Source: the human T2T-CHM13v2.0 reference genome, Homo sapiens. Taken from it: 64,000 nt of DNA. Below, one piece after another: positions 25,306-39,394 of the stretch. The position numbers were made by a program, and so were the translations under genes. Positions within the stretch are counted from its first letter, which is position 1. Each line of letters opens with the position of its first letter. Below the pieces are notes generated by a model. That model saw nothing but the letters and a program-made list of their open reading frames with translations. It ran no database searches and was not told the DNA's origin. The stretch lies in assembly GCF_009914755.1 (NCBI RefSeq), contig NC_060929.1, one strand, 5' to 3'.

Positions 25306-25751
25306 TGACTGATGTTTGTTTTAAATATACTGAAATATAAAATGTACTGGCTTGGTTTGGAATGTGGCTGTATTCATGCAGTTAATTTACTCTCTGAAGT
25401 TTTCAAGTTAGTGACTTTCTCTTATGTCTTCTAAGTGCAACACTGTGCTTGTCACATCTCTAAAGCAATTTGCCATGCTCCCACTAAGATGAATTTTCCT
25501 GAAATAATGTCTGTGACCATTTTGGTGGCATTTTGTGATGCTACTAGTGAATTTCCAAGTTATACTGAAGCAAGCGAGCACCCATTTGTAGAGCTCACCT
25601 TATTCGCTTTGAAAATGCCATTGCTCTTGGAAGAACACTTCGAGTGAAAAGGGAAATAAGTGTGGAGGATCAGCAGTTTGTTTTATACCATAAGTGTTTC
25701 TCAGTAATTATTTTCCCGAACTGTTACTATAGAAAAAAATCAATGCTTATC

Positions 25752-25876
25752 AAGAAAGGAGAAAGAAAGAAGAAAAGGAAAGAAGGAAGGAAGGAAAAGA
25801 AAGAAAGGAAGGAAGGAAGGAAAGAAAGAGAAAGGAAAGGAAGAAAGAAAATGAAAGAGAGAGGAAAGAAAGAAAG
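25752..25876. repeat. Polypurine GAAA/GGAA low-complexity tract
   Basis: About 125 bp almost exclusively A/G. Confidence 0.95.
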
Positions 25877-26229
25877 TTGACATTTTAGTTGAGTTTAGTT
25901 TTTTGTTGTTGTTTGTTTGTTTGGACTGGGGAACTCCACCTATGATTATATCTACGTCACTTAAATTGCAATTGCAATACTTCTGATGTTTTGTTGTGTA
26001 TGATGTGCAAAATCTTCAGTCTCACTATGTTTCCAAACACAGATATTAAATCATAGCTTTTTGTCATTTTGTGATGAGATGGATTCAAATTAAGTACACT
26101 GTGAGATAATAAAAAAAAAATAAAAGAAAGAGAGAGAAATGGATTTGGGGAAGGAGACAAGTGTGGTCCTGTTTGAACATGGCATCAATTCCTTCTTAAC
26201 ACCATCCCTTTCTTCTTCTACATTTTATC

Positions 26230-26570
26230 CTATGCCATTTATCCCACATGTATTACATACCTTCTATACATAAAGCACTGCAATAAGGAATTAGCATAAA
26301 TTCAAAGATAAATAAGAATAGCTCCATGTCCTTAACTCATCACAATCTAGTAGAGAAGAGATAAAACATGCACAAAGACGACATTGATTGTCCTCCAAGG
26401 AGGACAGATAAAAGACTGGGAAATCAGAGTAAAAGAAATTGTCTTTAATTTTGGAGAGGCTCATAGGGTAAGAAAAAATTTCACTGAGAAGGTAAAACGT
26501 GAGGCCTTTAGGAAGGAGTAGAGATCAGCTGCTTCTGAAATGGAGATGCCAGGAACACAGAACATTCCTC
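26230..26570 (-). mobile_element. L2 fragment
   Basis: aataagaatagctccatgtccttaactcatcacaatctagtagag...tttcactgagaaggtaaaacgtgaggcc...aggaaggagtaga. Confidence 0.5.
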
Positions 26571-29500
26571 CTCCTCCCTAGGACAGAGCCAACCTCATTC
26601 TAACCACTACCAAGCACTGATCACCCTTAATGCTTGTTTGCTACCAATTCCTACAGGATAGAAGAAATTTGCATTCTTTTGTCATACAAATAGTTGACTT
26701 AAATACAATCTTAAGGGCCCTGCAATTAACTAGGTTTGTGGCAGAGAGAAATTTACTTCTTATTGAATCTCAGTTTCCTTCTCCATGAATGAGATAAATG
26801 GACAAGAATTGTGATTACAAGCTCCAGTCAATGGTCATGACTGCCTGATATGCCTGGTAGCCTGTGCCATAAGCATTGCAAGAACAAGCCTAAGCTAAGT
26901 TGAAAGAGAGGTGATCAATTAAGTATGTCAAGGGCATAAAAATAAGGAGTGATGGTATGCTTGCCATATATTTACAACCACACATTTAGTCAGTTCAACT
27001 AAGGTGAGATTCCTCATTTTGTGTCACTAAATTACAAGGAATACCTTTATTTCCCCAAGAGAAATGAAATTTGAGGTAGAATTTCTTAGTTTAAGCTATT
27101 TGTGGAAGCAGTCTTAGAAAGTCATTGTCAGCCTTTTATAGGCAGAACACATGGATTTTAAAGCAAAGCAGAAATACTGAGCATGTGAGTTGTGTGATGT
27201 TCCGTTTTAAGGATAGTTTGAACACATAGGGAATGTCAGAATTGGATTGTGAAGCTCTAGATTTGAAAGCAGTTGAATATCAATAAGATTTGACTATTAA
27301 AAAACTCAAAAAACACCTTGAATTCATTACTGGATTGCCTAGGTAATGTAAGGAATATGACACACAGATCCATGAAAAGTATTTGAGAACAGCATATAAA
27401 TTGCATGTTTTGGTGCTTGGATGTAACCAATAAGAGATCTTAGGTATAAATTGAGTAACATGCCTTAGTCACTAAAAGAATTTGGCATGGCCCACACAGC
27501 TGTTAATGGGTAACTCTGATTCTTGCTTTTTAAATTTGAGTTTCATCAGCACTATTTCAAATAGTTCATTTAAAATTAACACCCTAACACTGATGCTAAG
27601 GTGCATGACAGTGCATAATAAAACGTAATTTTCATTTTACATTATACAGATTACAATCCCTACACTCCGAGGGATGTAGTGGAATCTTTTGCTGTAATGA
27701 ATTTATAGCATGGTGCTATCAGTTCCTCTGAATAAGGAAAAAAGGAATAGCATCTTTTGTATGTTTATTTTTCTTTACTGATGTTTCTTTGGCACTATGT
27801 TTAGCCTCCTAACTACACCTCTTAGGTTTGGAAGAGAACTCAGATTTATTACAAAATTATTTTTAAAATATGGCTTATCCATTGCCCACAAGTGACACAA
27901 ATGTCAGAATTACCTATGGAACTCCATGGAAAGCAATTTAATTTTTCCTATGTCTGAGCCTTTTTGGTGTCTATTTTTATGAAGTAGTTTTCTTGTGTTT
28001 TTTTCCTCCTTTTATAATTTTTAAATGGATAAGTTGCAGTAGCGTTTCTTTCTTTGAAGCAGGGATGATAAGAGCAATCGCAGAGTACTTCTAGTTGTCA
28101 ATGCCCTTAAATTATAATTGATTAGTACACGAATAAAGGAGTGATAGGGGATTGGATTTTGAAAGAAAATGGGACTAAGTGTAACTGGTTTGAAGATATG
28201 ATTTTATTGTGGAAGAGTTGAAACACAAAGGTTTCCCCAAAGTCTCATTTTTCATAGACATGAGATAAAATCTGTAACTCTCATTCCATTGGGGTTTAGG
28301 CTATTTGTTGGCTTTAATTTAATTGGATAGAAAGCAAGGAATAATGGTTTACTTTGAGCTCTCTTTTATCTTCCTTAGTAACATGTCACTTATATGACCC
28401 AGGGACCTTCTGAGGGTTTTTGAAAAGGCCTCTTTAAAATCTGCTTGCACTTATTTGGGCACTAAAATATGTTTTATTTGGAGATGTTCAGAGGCAATAA
28501 AATATAGAATATCATTTTAATAATAGAGTAAAATTCGGTAAAAGGAAACAGTAAATACACGCTGAAACTGGAGTAACGAAGTAAAGCCTGCCTCCTAGAA
28601 GTTAAAGTGCCCGGTTTTATAATGGGCATATAAATGCCTTATGAGCCTGTTTGGTAGGAAACACTTAAATATGTAGATCCTCTGTGAAGCCTCATTACTT
28701 ATGTTTCTAAATGTTTGTTTTGGCATGTGGTGCCGTCTTTGGTATACATGCCATTTGCAGGATCCGCTGGAATAGCCACTTTAGAGCAGGTGCGCTTGAC
28801 AGGATGAACTGAACACACATATTATCTGCTCTAATGAAGTGCACTTATTCTTAGCCTGGGGCATAGTCAGTGATGTTCTGTGATTTCTCTATATCCATCC
28901 AGCAGAAGCTTTCCTGTTTCTCAAAATACCTCACCCTAGACATCGAGGAGCCACTTCTATGGAAGGAAAAGCAGTTTATCCTCCACTGACATCCTATTGT
29001 TAGCTGTGCTATCGAGTTGGCGAGCAGTCATCATCCTGCTGACTAAGACCCCATTCTCCTGGGTCTCACCGTGGTCAGATCAATGCTCTAATCTCTGGGA
29101 AGGAAGAATGATAAGGCATCTATGTAGGGTCTCCTCTTTAGTCTTCTTTTCTCTTAGCTGTTTCTTTCAATGCCCAGATTGCCAGTGAGTTAGGCTGCAG
29201 TGCTGAATAGATCAGAGTGTTTCACTAGAAAGCACGCAGTACAAAGTTGTTCCTGCTCTCTTCAACTCAGTGGCCCCATGACTTTGCATAGGACATTTTA
29301 ACTTACAGAATCGCAATATTCCCTTTTGTTCATTGCAAAAGCTATCATTGAGTATCAATCCATGTTTACTACCTACTTTTCAAAATACTGGAAATACAAA
29401 CATGCCATCCCTATTTTGCCCTTAAGGAGCCAACCATACTACAGAGAAAACACGGAAGTGAACAGCCAGTTATGAACACGGCCCCATCACCTTCCTAGAA

Positions 29501-29904
29501 TTGTCAGGTAAATGAGACCATAAATGGGTCAGCACTTCCTAAGCTCTCTGCTGTCATATTAATTTCAGGACATGGCTATGACAGTCATGTTACTAATAGG
29601 GCTCTGCCTAGTAACCGTGTTCATCCCAGAAGAATACACAAAAATGTCTTTCATGGTTCGAAACTTGGTTAGAAATACCAGGATCCTCATAAAAATAAAT
29701 GATGCCCATTGCCATTAAGTAAGAATTTGCAAGCAATTGTTAGAAAATAAGTTCTAGAGATTCCAGAGAAATGAGAGATCCCACTGGAAGCTTCCCAAGT
29801 GCTTCTTGGAAGAGGTGTAGGGCCTGAATGACTGACAGGTCAAACCTACCCAGGCAGCAAGCCAGAGGGAGGGCATTGCCTACCAAAGGAACAATATTTG
29901 CAAA

Positions 29905-30325
<421 letters not shown>

Positions 30326-30783
30326 TTAATCTGATAGATAATGTCATTGGCAAATTCGCTTTGCCAATGACATTTAAGCATGAAACTTAACAACCATATA
30401 GGCTTCAGACTACATAGACATAAAAAGAATTGGAAAAGTTACAATGTTTCTACTGTCTACAGCATGTAGACTGCAAGTAGAGTATATATGTAAGTGTCTT
30501 TGCAAGGCAAATAATAAGAAAATAGTGTTTTATATTTATATGACAAAGAATCTCATAGGTTAAATACAATGTTGTTTCATCCAGAGTTTGTATAATTTTT
30601 AAATGAAAAGACACATAGTTTAGAAATGTAGATCACCTTTTCATTGCCAATGGGTTCCAATAGCCAGGGCCTATGCTAAGTCCTAGGGATACCAAAGCAG
30701 AAGACTTCAGAGCCTTGTCCTCGAAGAGCTTAATGTCAATTGAAGAAGATAGGTAGAGAAGATAGTGAATCATAGGGCAATAT

Positions 30784-30995
30784 ATATATACATATATATA
30801 CATATATATGTATATATATACACATATATACGTATATATGTGTATATATATTTTGAGAGGGAGTCTTGCTCTGTTGCCCAGACTGGAGTGCAGTGGTGCC
30901 ATCTTGGCTCACTGCAAGCTCCACCCTCCGGGTTCATGCCATTCTCCTGCCTCAGCCTCCTGAGTAGCTGGGACTACAGGCACCTGCCACCACGC
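30784..30995 (-). mobile_element. 5'-truncated AluY (right arm only) with TA-microsatellite tail
   Basis: gcaagctcca...gggttcatgccattctcc; TSD tcatagggcaatat at 30770-30783 and 30996-31009. Confidence 0.92.
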
Positions 30996-33076
30996 TCATA
31001 GGGCAATATTTAGTTTAATCTATAAATATTTGGGGCAAATGAAAGTAAGTTCATTTCCAGTTTTCTTGTTAATTACACTCATTTAGCCAAAGGAAATGTT
31101 ATGCATGTAAAAGTTCTGTCTATTTGATGAACTCTCTACCAGTCTTTGCTGTGAAGTAACTAAAATATTAGCCTGAGGACACAGATTTTTTTTTAGAAAT
31201 TTCTTTTGACAGTGATTGCCTAAGTGCCAGAAAACATAGCAAAATGCTAGTTTTTGTATCAAAACTGTTGCGTATATAATATTCAGGAAAAATGTAAAAG
31301 GAAATATTTAGGACAATCGAATATAATCTATTTCTGTAAGACACTAGCTACCAAATTCTTACTTGTTAGTGACAGATATCATCTAATTTAAAACATGGTC
31401 TTTACTTCCAGACATTGTAAATGCTTCTGGATTGCAGCATAGATTTCATCACATGCCTAAAATCTCAAGTGTATTTTCACTTTCGTAACCTCTCTAGACA
31501 TTTTAATGAAAAACAAAGAGTGGAAAAGTTAGGTTTCACAGAAGGTTTCTAAATAGAAACCTAATTAAAGAAATTAATAATCATCCTTTGATGCCATGCT
31601 CGTGTGCCTTTTTCCATCTCTAATGGAATCTCTGCACCTAGAAGAATTGTAGCTTTTGCTTGTGCTCTTGACTAGTAACTTAATGTGGCGATTAAGACAC
31701 ATTCTTTATATATTTGCATATATACAAAGACGTGGATGTCCTTTTAAATTATACCCACCTTCTGCCTAGGCTAATGCTATATTAAATTGCATTGAAATGC
31801 AAAAGCACCTCAATATAATGATTTTCCACATCCCATTTACTTGTTGATTATTAATGAATGCTTCCTGAGTTGTGTTCCTGCTATTTTGTCTTTAAGACTA
31901 CTTTCAGGGTTTTCGCATCATATTCAAGAGGCCAGTCAGAGTTCTGTGCTTGCGGCTTCATTAAAATTCTGTCCTACACATCATCTGACTCACACTTTAT
32001 AATCTATCAGAACACCTGTTTGCTTTACAATGGCCACGAGGCAGCTCAAAACACTGTGGTATTTAGCATTTAATAATGAGCACAAGATATGTATTTTTGA
32101 CACTTTAAATTTTCTTTAGAAAAGTGCATGGAAAAGAGCCAAGTTTGAATGAATTATCTAAACTTTTGCAATTTCATAATGTGAATTTTAACCAACTTTT
32201 AAAAAATGTGTACGAGAAAGTGCCTTCTCTCTTTGTCAGTGAACCTTACCTTGGCTAACTAGGAAAGGCTATAGAGGGAAATAACTTTAAAATGTCACTG
32301 CATAAACTAATAGTGATATCAAAAGTATTTTAAGAAGAGTCTGTGCATTATTACTTTCCCTATTTACATACCCGTCTCACAGACACTTCATTGTAATTCT
32401 CACTCTGAGAGGAAGCTGAGAAGCTTAATGTCACTGTTAATATCTAGATATGTTTATAATTTAGTGACTTAAGTCAGTGATGGGCACTGCATACATATAC
32501 ATAAACGCTCTTTTCTTTAAAGTTTGGGCATTTACAAATGTGATTGTTAAATGGCCCTCAATATAATTGTATCTATTTGAAATACTTCAAGGGAGGGATA
32601 GGGAGATAATGGATGGTCTCAGAAGGGTGAAATTCCTTCACTATATTATGTAAATGAAGAAACGTCTCCTAGTGCTTATGAACTGCTATAGTTTTCAGCG
32701 CTAATAGAGGACATACTGCAAGTTGATTATTGTAATCCAACAGCGTTATCTCATCAGTGAGCGGATTAAGGGAGCTCTCTCAGCTGAGGGGTCTGAATAA
32801 GCATTTTCATTTACTCCCTGCTGGGTCATTGACAAATGGAAGTTTTTATCTGGGAACATTTAAAAGCATAAACAGTAAACAAACCTATAGTTTCTTCCCT
32901 TGCCTGGATCCTTTACCAGATTTGTGCTATCTTGCAAAGGCTGATACCATTCAACCTAGCAGTCAACTGACTTCTGTTGTGTCCCCCAAATAGAGAATTA
33001 TATGCACCTGGTGATGAGGGGGGTTGATGGAGTCGAGAGAGAGTCAGATCTTCCCCGTTCAAAAGCATTCAGCAGG

Positions 33077-33345
33077 GGCCGGGCACCGTGGCTCATGTCT
33101 GTAATCCCAGCACTTGGGAGGCGGAGGCAGGCAGATCACTTGAGGTCAGGAGTTCAAGACCAGCCTGGCCAACATGGTGAAACCCCGTCTCTACTAAAAA
33201 TACAAAAATTAGTCGGATGTTACGGCGCACACCTGTAATCCCAGCTATCACGAGGCTGAGGCAGGAGATTGTAGTGAGCCGATATGGTATCATTGCACTC
33301 CAGCCTGGGTGATAGAGCAAGACCCTGTCTCAAAAAAAAAAAAAA
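33077..33345 (+). mobile_element. AluS (Sz-like) with internal deletion
   Basis: gatcacttgaggtcagg; about 25 nt missing after ggcaggag (33267); poly-A tail. Confidence 0.92.
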
Positions 33346-33613
33346 TTAATAGTTTAAGTTCATTTGTCATCCTCTTCTATCCCTTGTTCAAATCCCTGTA
33401 CTCAGCAATGACATTCACTTTCTGTCTAATGACGCCATGACAGGTGACAATAAAGCTAACTTCCCAAACCTGGATTTCCCTCTATTTCATCCCCAAATCA
33501 AAACTTACCTCTCATTTCCTTCCTTTGCATTACAAGAGATCCTTCATTCTTTGATTTGACCATAAGATTAGAGAAATTATGTTAATGACTGAAAGTAGAC
33601 TAATGTCCTATCA

Positions 33614-33692
33614 TTAGATTGAATCATATATAATTGTCATTTTTGTAAGTCAAAACAATTGAATGTTTGTAATTGTATATGGCACAATCTGA
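33614..33692. mobile_element. MADE2 mariner-derived MITE
   Basis: About 80 bp with imperfect terminal inverted repeats ttagattgaatcatatataattg / taattgtatatggcacaatctga and internal tttttgtaagtcaaaa. Confidence 0.75.
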
Positions 33693-33744
33693 AATGTCCA
33701 GATAATGTGCACAGGTTAACCGATGTTTTAACGACAGTGACTGG

Positions 33745-33945
33745 AGTAGCTAACATCTGATGATCATGTGACTGTTCATACACTCTTCTCAATACTGCAT
33801 GCATGTTCCTGGCAGTATCATTTAATCATCAGTCCTATTAACAACATGAAAACTGAGACTGAGTTATCAGTCCGGAGTCACATCATGACAGTGAAAGTGC
33901 CAGATCAGTACTAGGCTAGAATTTTTATGACTTTAAAGATCATTT
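33745..33945 (-). mobile_element. MIR fragment
   Basis: gtagctaacatctg...tcatttaatcatca...gaaaactgagactgag...ggagtcaca. Confidence 0.5.
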
Positions 33946-34379
33946 TCTTCTTTGTCTCCAAAAAGGCCCAAGTGTTGAATGGTGTGCTTGATTCAGCTGG
34001 GGCCAGTGGCAGGATCTTTTGGGAGGATGGGGGTACAGAGGCTTCTTGGGCCTTGAGAATCTTATGTGTAGGCAGTATCCATAATGACTGTGTTTAGATT
34101 CAGTCTTGGAGAAGAGAAGTCATATGACCTACTATGGTGACTTACTTCTTGTAAGTTTTATGCAGCGATGTTCCTGTAGAGAGAGCATGAAGAGAACAAA
34201 GCCTTACCTAGTCCATATCCTTTCCTCTTTTAGTGCAAGGCTTGAATCCATAATGTTTACCCCTTTACTACAGACCATAGTAATTTCTCTGTTCTGACAT
34301 CTAACACTCTGTAACAAACAAACAAATTTTCATTACATTTTATCCTGTATGGTTGTCTCATGGAGTCATATGCTTAAAT

Positions 34380-34520
34380 ATTATCTTCTTATCCAGGTTA
34401 GAACTTTTTCCAAGACAGAAATCATCAATATCTTGTCTTTATTTCACATTTTCTACAGGATTTATCCCAACACTGAGCACATAACAGGTCACTAAATGTG
34501 TGTCGACCGGTTGATCAATT
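34380..34520 (+). mobile_element. L2 3' end
   Basis: cccaacactgagcacataacaggtcactaaatgtgtgtcgaccggttgatcaat. Confidence 0.5.
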
Positions 34521-37500
34521 AAGGTCTTTGATTCTAAATTTTACTTCCACATCTACCATTGATCCCTTTATATAGTAGGAATATTAAGGGTACTAAACAC
34601 AAAACAAGTTCTTTCTCAGACATTGAATTATTAAACTAATGGCATTGGTGCTTATGCCAAAACCATGCACTTTAAAAAATAAGGATTCTAGATCTGTAGT
34701 ACACATTTATTATGTATTGGAGCCAATAAGTCAACAGCTGAAATGGTTATACCTGTATTACTTTCAAAAGAAAGGAAAAAATTAAGGGGCTCAGAGATCA
34801 GTGTTTCATTTTGTATACCTCTAACTAAAGCATGAAATTATAGTTCGCTAAGAGAAGGCTATGGAGATTCTGAAAAATGTAACCACTTTGGCTAGATGTC
34901 AAAATTGAATTCATTATTTCTTAGAAATGATTTTAGACCTACAATTCACAATCAAATTGTGATTGTTTTTTAAACACACACAAACATCTCTACACACACA
35001 GTCAGTTCGGATTTATATTGGCACTCCAAGAACCGATGTCAAACTAAATTTTAAGTGAATGTTAGTTGTAACTCTGATACATGTTTACAAGACAAATCAT
35101 TTCAGATGTAGCAAATGAATACTTTAAGATGTATTTGAAAATACCGAAAACATTCTAAAACTGAAGAATCATGTCACAAAATGTTGGAAATTAGAACCTT
35201 GATTCAATACTTTGTAAGCATAGGCTAAATGGGACCTAAACATTTCATTGAAGTTAAAATTAGAGTTAATCATACCAGATATTTAATCACCCAATGCCTT
35301 AATGCCTTAAACAGCCCAGCAAGGAGCAGTTGAGGAACTGTGCAGTTGAGTTTTAAAGTATTTTGATATTCCCTGTAACCATTATATGTCTGCATTAGAC
35401 TAGGTCTCATTGAGCAGTACACATCAAGATGCCTAAAATGTAGATGGCTGTATAACAGCAAACAAAGTGGTTATGAAACAGCAGGATCTCGGCAGGAAGT
35501 AAAGAGATATCTCAAAGAGTACCTAATCAAACCTGACAAATGGTGTAACATCTTCAGATGAATGACTAGGCCTGTAACATATTTTTAGTTAATCTTCCTC
35601 TTGCTTGCCAGAAACAGGCTCATTCATGTTCTTTCAGTATGAGATGGGAGGGTAAGGCTTTTGTATGAGGATCATAATGCACAGAAACCAGTGAAGATTT
35701 GGTCCATCATGTTTAGAAAAGATGAAAGAGAGGGCTGATTTGGATATGGGCAGACTTGTTTAAAAATAGATTGTTCCTGATACCAAAAGGTTGAAGAGAC
35801 TTCTGCAGAATAGAGTTTATGATTCGTCATTCCAGTGCTTTGTCTGTGAAGTGTGTGGCTTGCCTTCTAGGTGTGTGTTCTTCTCTCTACTCTTCATCTT
35901 TTCTCCACGTCATGGCGCTGCTTCCTCCCTATTCCTGCTTCCTCATAATTCAACTTCCACATGGCCTCTACTGCTTGTTTGACTTCTCTCAATTGGGCCT
36001 TTCACTTTCAGCTCCAATTTTTAACGACTTAATTCTCTCCCGGTACCAGTTCATATTCCCAACATATTGGCTCAGCTCAACTTTTTCCATTTATTCTTTT
36101 TCCTTTTTTTTTTTTTTTTTGGTGCCAGGTCATGTTTACCACAAACTGCCTATAAATCAGGGCTCGTTCCTAATTAATTAGCCAAAACTTGATGAGATGG
36201 AGGTAATAGATGGGTCATAGAGCCAATAACATGGTCATATGGAACTGACCATTCTGGAGAGACTGAGGTTGGGGTTGTTATTGCAGAGGTTGTCATAGGC
36301 AACCATATGCCATGATACATAGGTCTCAGAAATAAATAAACAACATTCAGGATATTTATAGCCAGAGACAAAGGTTGCCGAAAATTAACTTTCAGTGTCT
36401 TAGATTAAGTGGATTATCTGAGATCCATTGCTTGAACCAATAAAATGCAAGTATATCACTACTCAAATATTCACATTTTTTTCCTTAAGGCAAGATTGGT
36501 CAATTTTTAGCCCTTCTGCATACCAGCAGAGAAAGATATAAAATGAGATTCAAATTTTGAATTAGGGCATATCCATTGACTTTGAACAAATAGGCTCTGG
36601 CGTAGCTAGAATTAGACATGGTGAAAACCACTAAATTTACCCAGGAACACTGCAGAAACATTCATCATATACAGGTTTATTTTGGGCATTGGTGAATCAA
36701 GCTTGTCACTGTGTCTGGTGGGATCTTGGCATAGCCAAACACATTGCCATGGCATTTTAATATGCCTTCTGACTGGTTACAGAAATCCTTATTATTTCAT
36801 GAATGAGTTCCAGAAATTCAGACTCCATGTGTTTTTTAGGGAGTTCTGGGATCAGCATTGAGAAAAATATTGCTGTTGTGTTGGAGCGTGAAATTTATGC
36901 AGAATGGAATCCAAATGTGACTTGACCACCTAAGGCTTAGAAAGGTGTAAAACTTAGCTAATACAGCACTGTGTTAGCCAGTTCTTCCCTTATTGGAGTA
37001 TCTCTGATTACTGTAGAAAAATTACCTTTAGAAATAAAATTTAATTAAAAGATTCTCTCTCTATCTTTCTCTTACCAAGAAGAACACTGGTGCACAATAT
37101 TAATTTATGGTATCCTTTGAGTGCTGAACTCTATATTAATCCTCAATTTATAAAGCACAATTATATTTTTCAGGTTTTCTTAAGACCTTTCAAATGTTTC
37201 TAATAAATGGGTTAAGACATATTCTCTTTCATTTCTCCCTTCTCTTTAAAAAGTGACCAGTTGAGTTGTCCCTGTCCAATTTTTAAAAATATCCCTACTC
37301 TTTAATGTATTCAACACTACTTATATCATGACAAGACCTTTTTATAGTTAAACATGAAGTGACTTAAATGTTCTGGATAAATTAGTTTGCTTAGAAAAAG
37401 TCCTATTTGGAGATGGAGTTACAGCATTTCCTTTGATAGATTCAGGGCATGACAATACTACCCTTGAACAAAAATGGCACTTTATTAAATGGAACTCACA

Positions 37501-38042
37501 GTCAGCCTTATTTCAATCATCAAAGAAGTAAAAGTAACACTCTGATGATTATGAAAAAGAGGTTGGATGAGATGTGAAATGAGTAATGAACCCAGAGTGA
37601 GGAGGTCTGTTCCTCATTCTGCCTTAATTATCTGTGTGATTTTGGACCCCTCATTTTCTTTCTCTGGGTCTTTTTTTCCCATTTGTGAAATGAGGGCTAT
37701 AGAGTATTCAATCCTTTAGGATCTTTTGCCTGTATTATTTATTTTATATCTGATGGGAAATACATTCTTTATGGAATTTTATAAAGTTATCATATAAAAA
37801 TAAAAATCTACTTAAAAGGCACATTTTTATAGTAAGATAGCATAGAGGAAAAATGAGTGAATCTCAACTAGATTCATCTAAGGGATAATGCCTGGATTTA
37901 GAGAGTAGCTGGCCCTGGGAGATGGTAGCTATTAATATTACTACTACATCCTACTTTGTACACTTTACCCAGCAAATAGGCCTCTGCCCTATAAAAAAAA
38001 AAGCAAGTGATTTCACCTAGGCAGCTATGTGTGTTAGTATTA

Positions 38043-38469
38043 TGTGACTATCCTAGGGCTGCCGTAATGAATTATCGTAAACCAGCTGGCTTAAAACAAC
38101 AAAAATTCATTTTTTTGCAGTTCTGGAGGCCAAAAGCAAAAACCAGGGGAGAAGAGGCAATGGCCTCTTCCAGCTTCTGAAGGCTGTTGTCATTCCTTGG
38201 CTTGTGGGCCCATCTCCCTCTGCTCCATTTTCCTCTGTGTGTCTGTCTCAGTCTCCCTCTGCCTTTCTCATGTAAGGATACATGTGATAGCATCTAGGTC
38301 CCAGCCAGGTAATCCAGGGTAAGTTCTTCCTCTCAAGATTATACCTGATCAGATCTTTTGCCATTTAATGTAATAGCCACTCTGTTGCCACAGGAGGTAA
38401 GATTTGCAGGTTCCAGGGATTAGGAAATAGACATCTGTTTCTGGAGGCCACCCCAGTTAGCCCACTACA
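38043..38469 (-). mobile_element. MaLR solo LTR (MLT1C/D-like)
   Basis: cctagggctgccgtaa...ggcttaaaacaac...cagttctggaggcc; caggttccagggattagga; ends cccactaca. Confidence 0.88.
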
Positions 38470-39394
38470 GGTGGGACAGCAGGTAACTATTGAGCACGTG
38501 CATCATTTCTGTGGGCAGCACCATGCAGTGCTGGCTGATGGTTGCACACAGGAATGTGGGCTCCGTGTTGTAGGATCTTCCCATTTTAAAGCAAAAGCTA
38601 GATTCGATTCAATTCAATTCAACAAGCTAGATTTCAGTGAGCCAACGTCAAATATCAGGGGATTTTACACATAAATGTGTAGACACAATCTGGATTTTGT
38701 GTCTACGTGTTTATGTGTAAAATCCCTTGATATTTGGTGTTCGCTCATTGAAAAAAAGAGTCTACTCATGACAAATAAAACTATTCTATGCGCCACATTT
38801 GCTGTGAGGGCTGCAATGTCTGAAAAACAGAATAAAATTACCTTTGAGAGAGCACTTTGTAACCATATTCATTAACTCCACAAATATTTCTTTAGCACCT
38901 AATAGAATAATATTTATTTTAGATTGACCAGGGGAGAGCTTGCCGCTTTCAGAAAATATCTCCCCAAATGCAACTCTCATAGTTTTTCTTACGAAGAAAA
39001 GAGAGCATTAATTAGTCCAATATTTCCTTTCTGGAAATATTGCCTATGTTTCTGTGCCCTTCATTGAGATCAGCTGAGTTTCATGATCCTGGAATAAAGT
39101 TAAAATCCAAATTCAAAGTCGTAAATGTGGTCTGATCCTTGAGTATCTTGGAGATAATGGTACCCCAGGTTACCTAATATCTCATACTTACTGGTTATTC
39201 ATCTCAGTTAGCCTATGATTCTTTTATAGGTAAAGAAAGCAAGGCCATTCACATTCCATATAGACCATAATCCCTATTGAGTCAGCATCTCTGAATTAGG
39301 CCAGTGTGTTAGAATGCCAAGTCCTTCAATTTCATTCATTATTGGCTGATAAACTGTGTATTTCTTTAATACAAAGGGAGAAAATTGTTGCAGG

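Noticed and set aside
26800-27000. Possible hAT-Charlie MITE remnant
   Set aside because: Resemblance too weak to name or bound without a search
28729-28740. GGTGCCGTCTTT, identical to a stretch of the recalled AmnSINE1 consensus
   Set aside because: Only 12 nt with no colinear flanking similarity; compatible with chance
29655-29664. Pol III B-box-like GGTTCGAAAC
   Set aside because: No A-box, cloverleaf or SINE context; not a tRNA gene
34941-34966. Imperfect hairpin acaattcacaat / attgtgattgt
   Set aside because: Short, AT-rich and bulged; expected by chance
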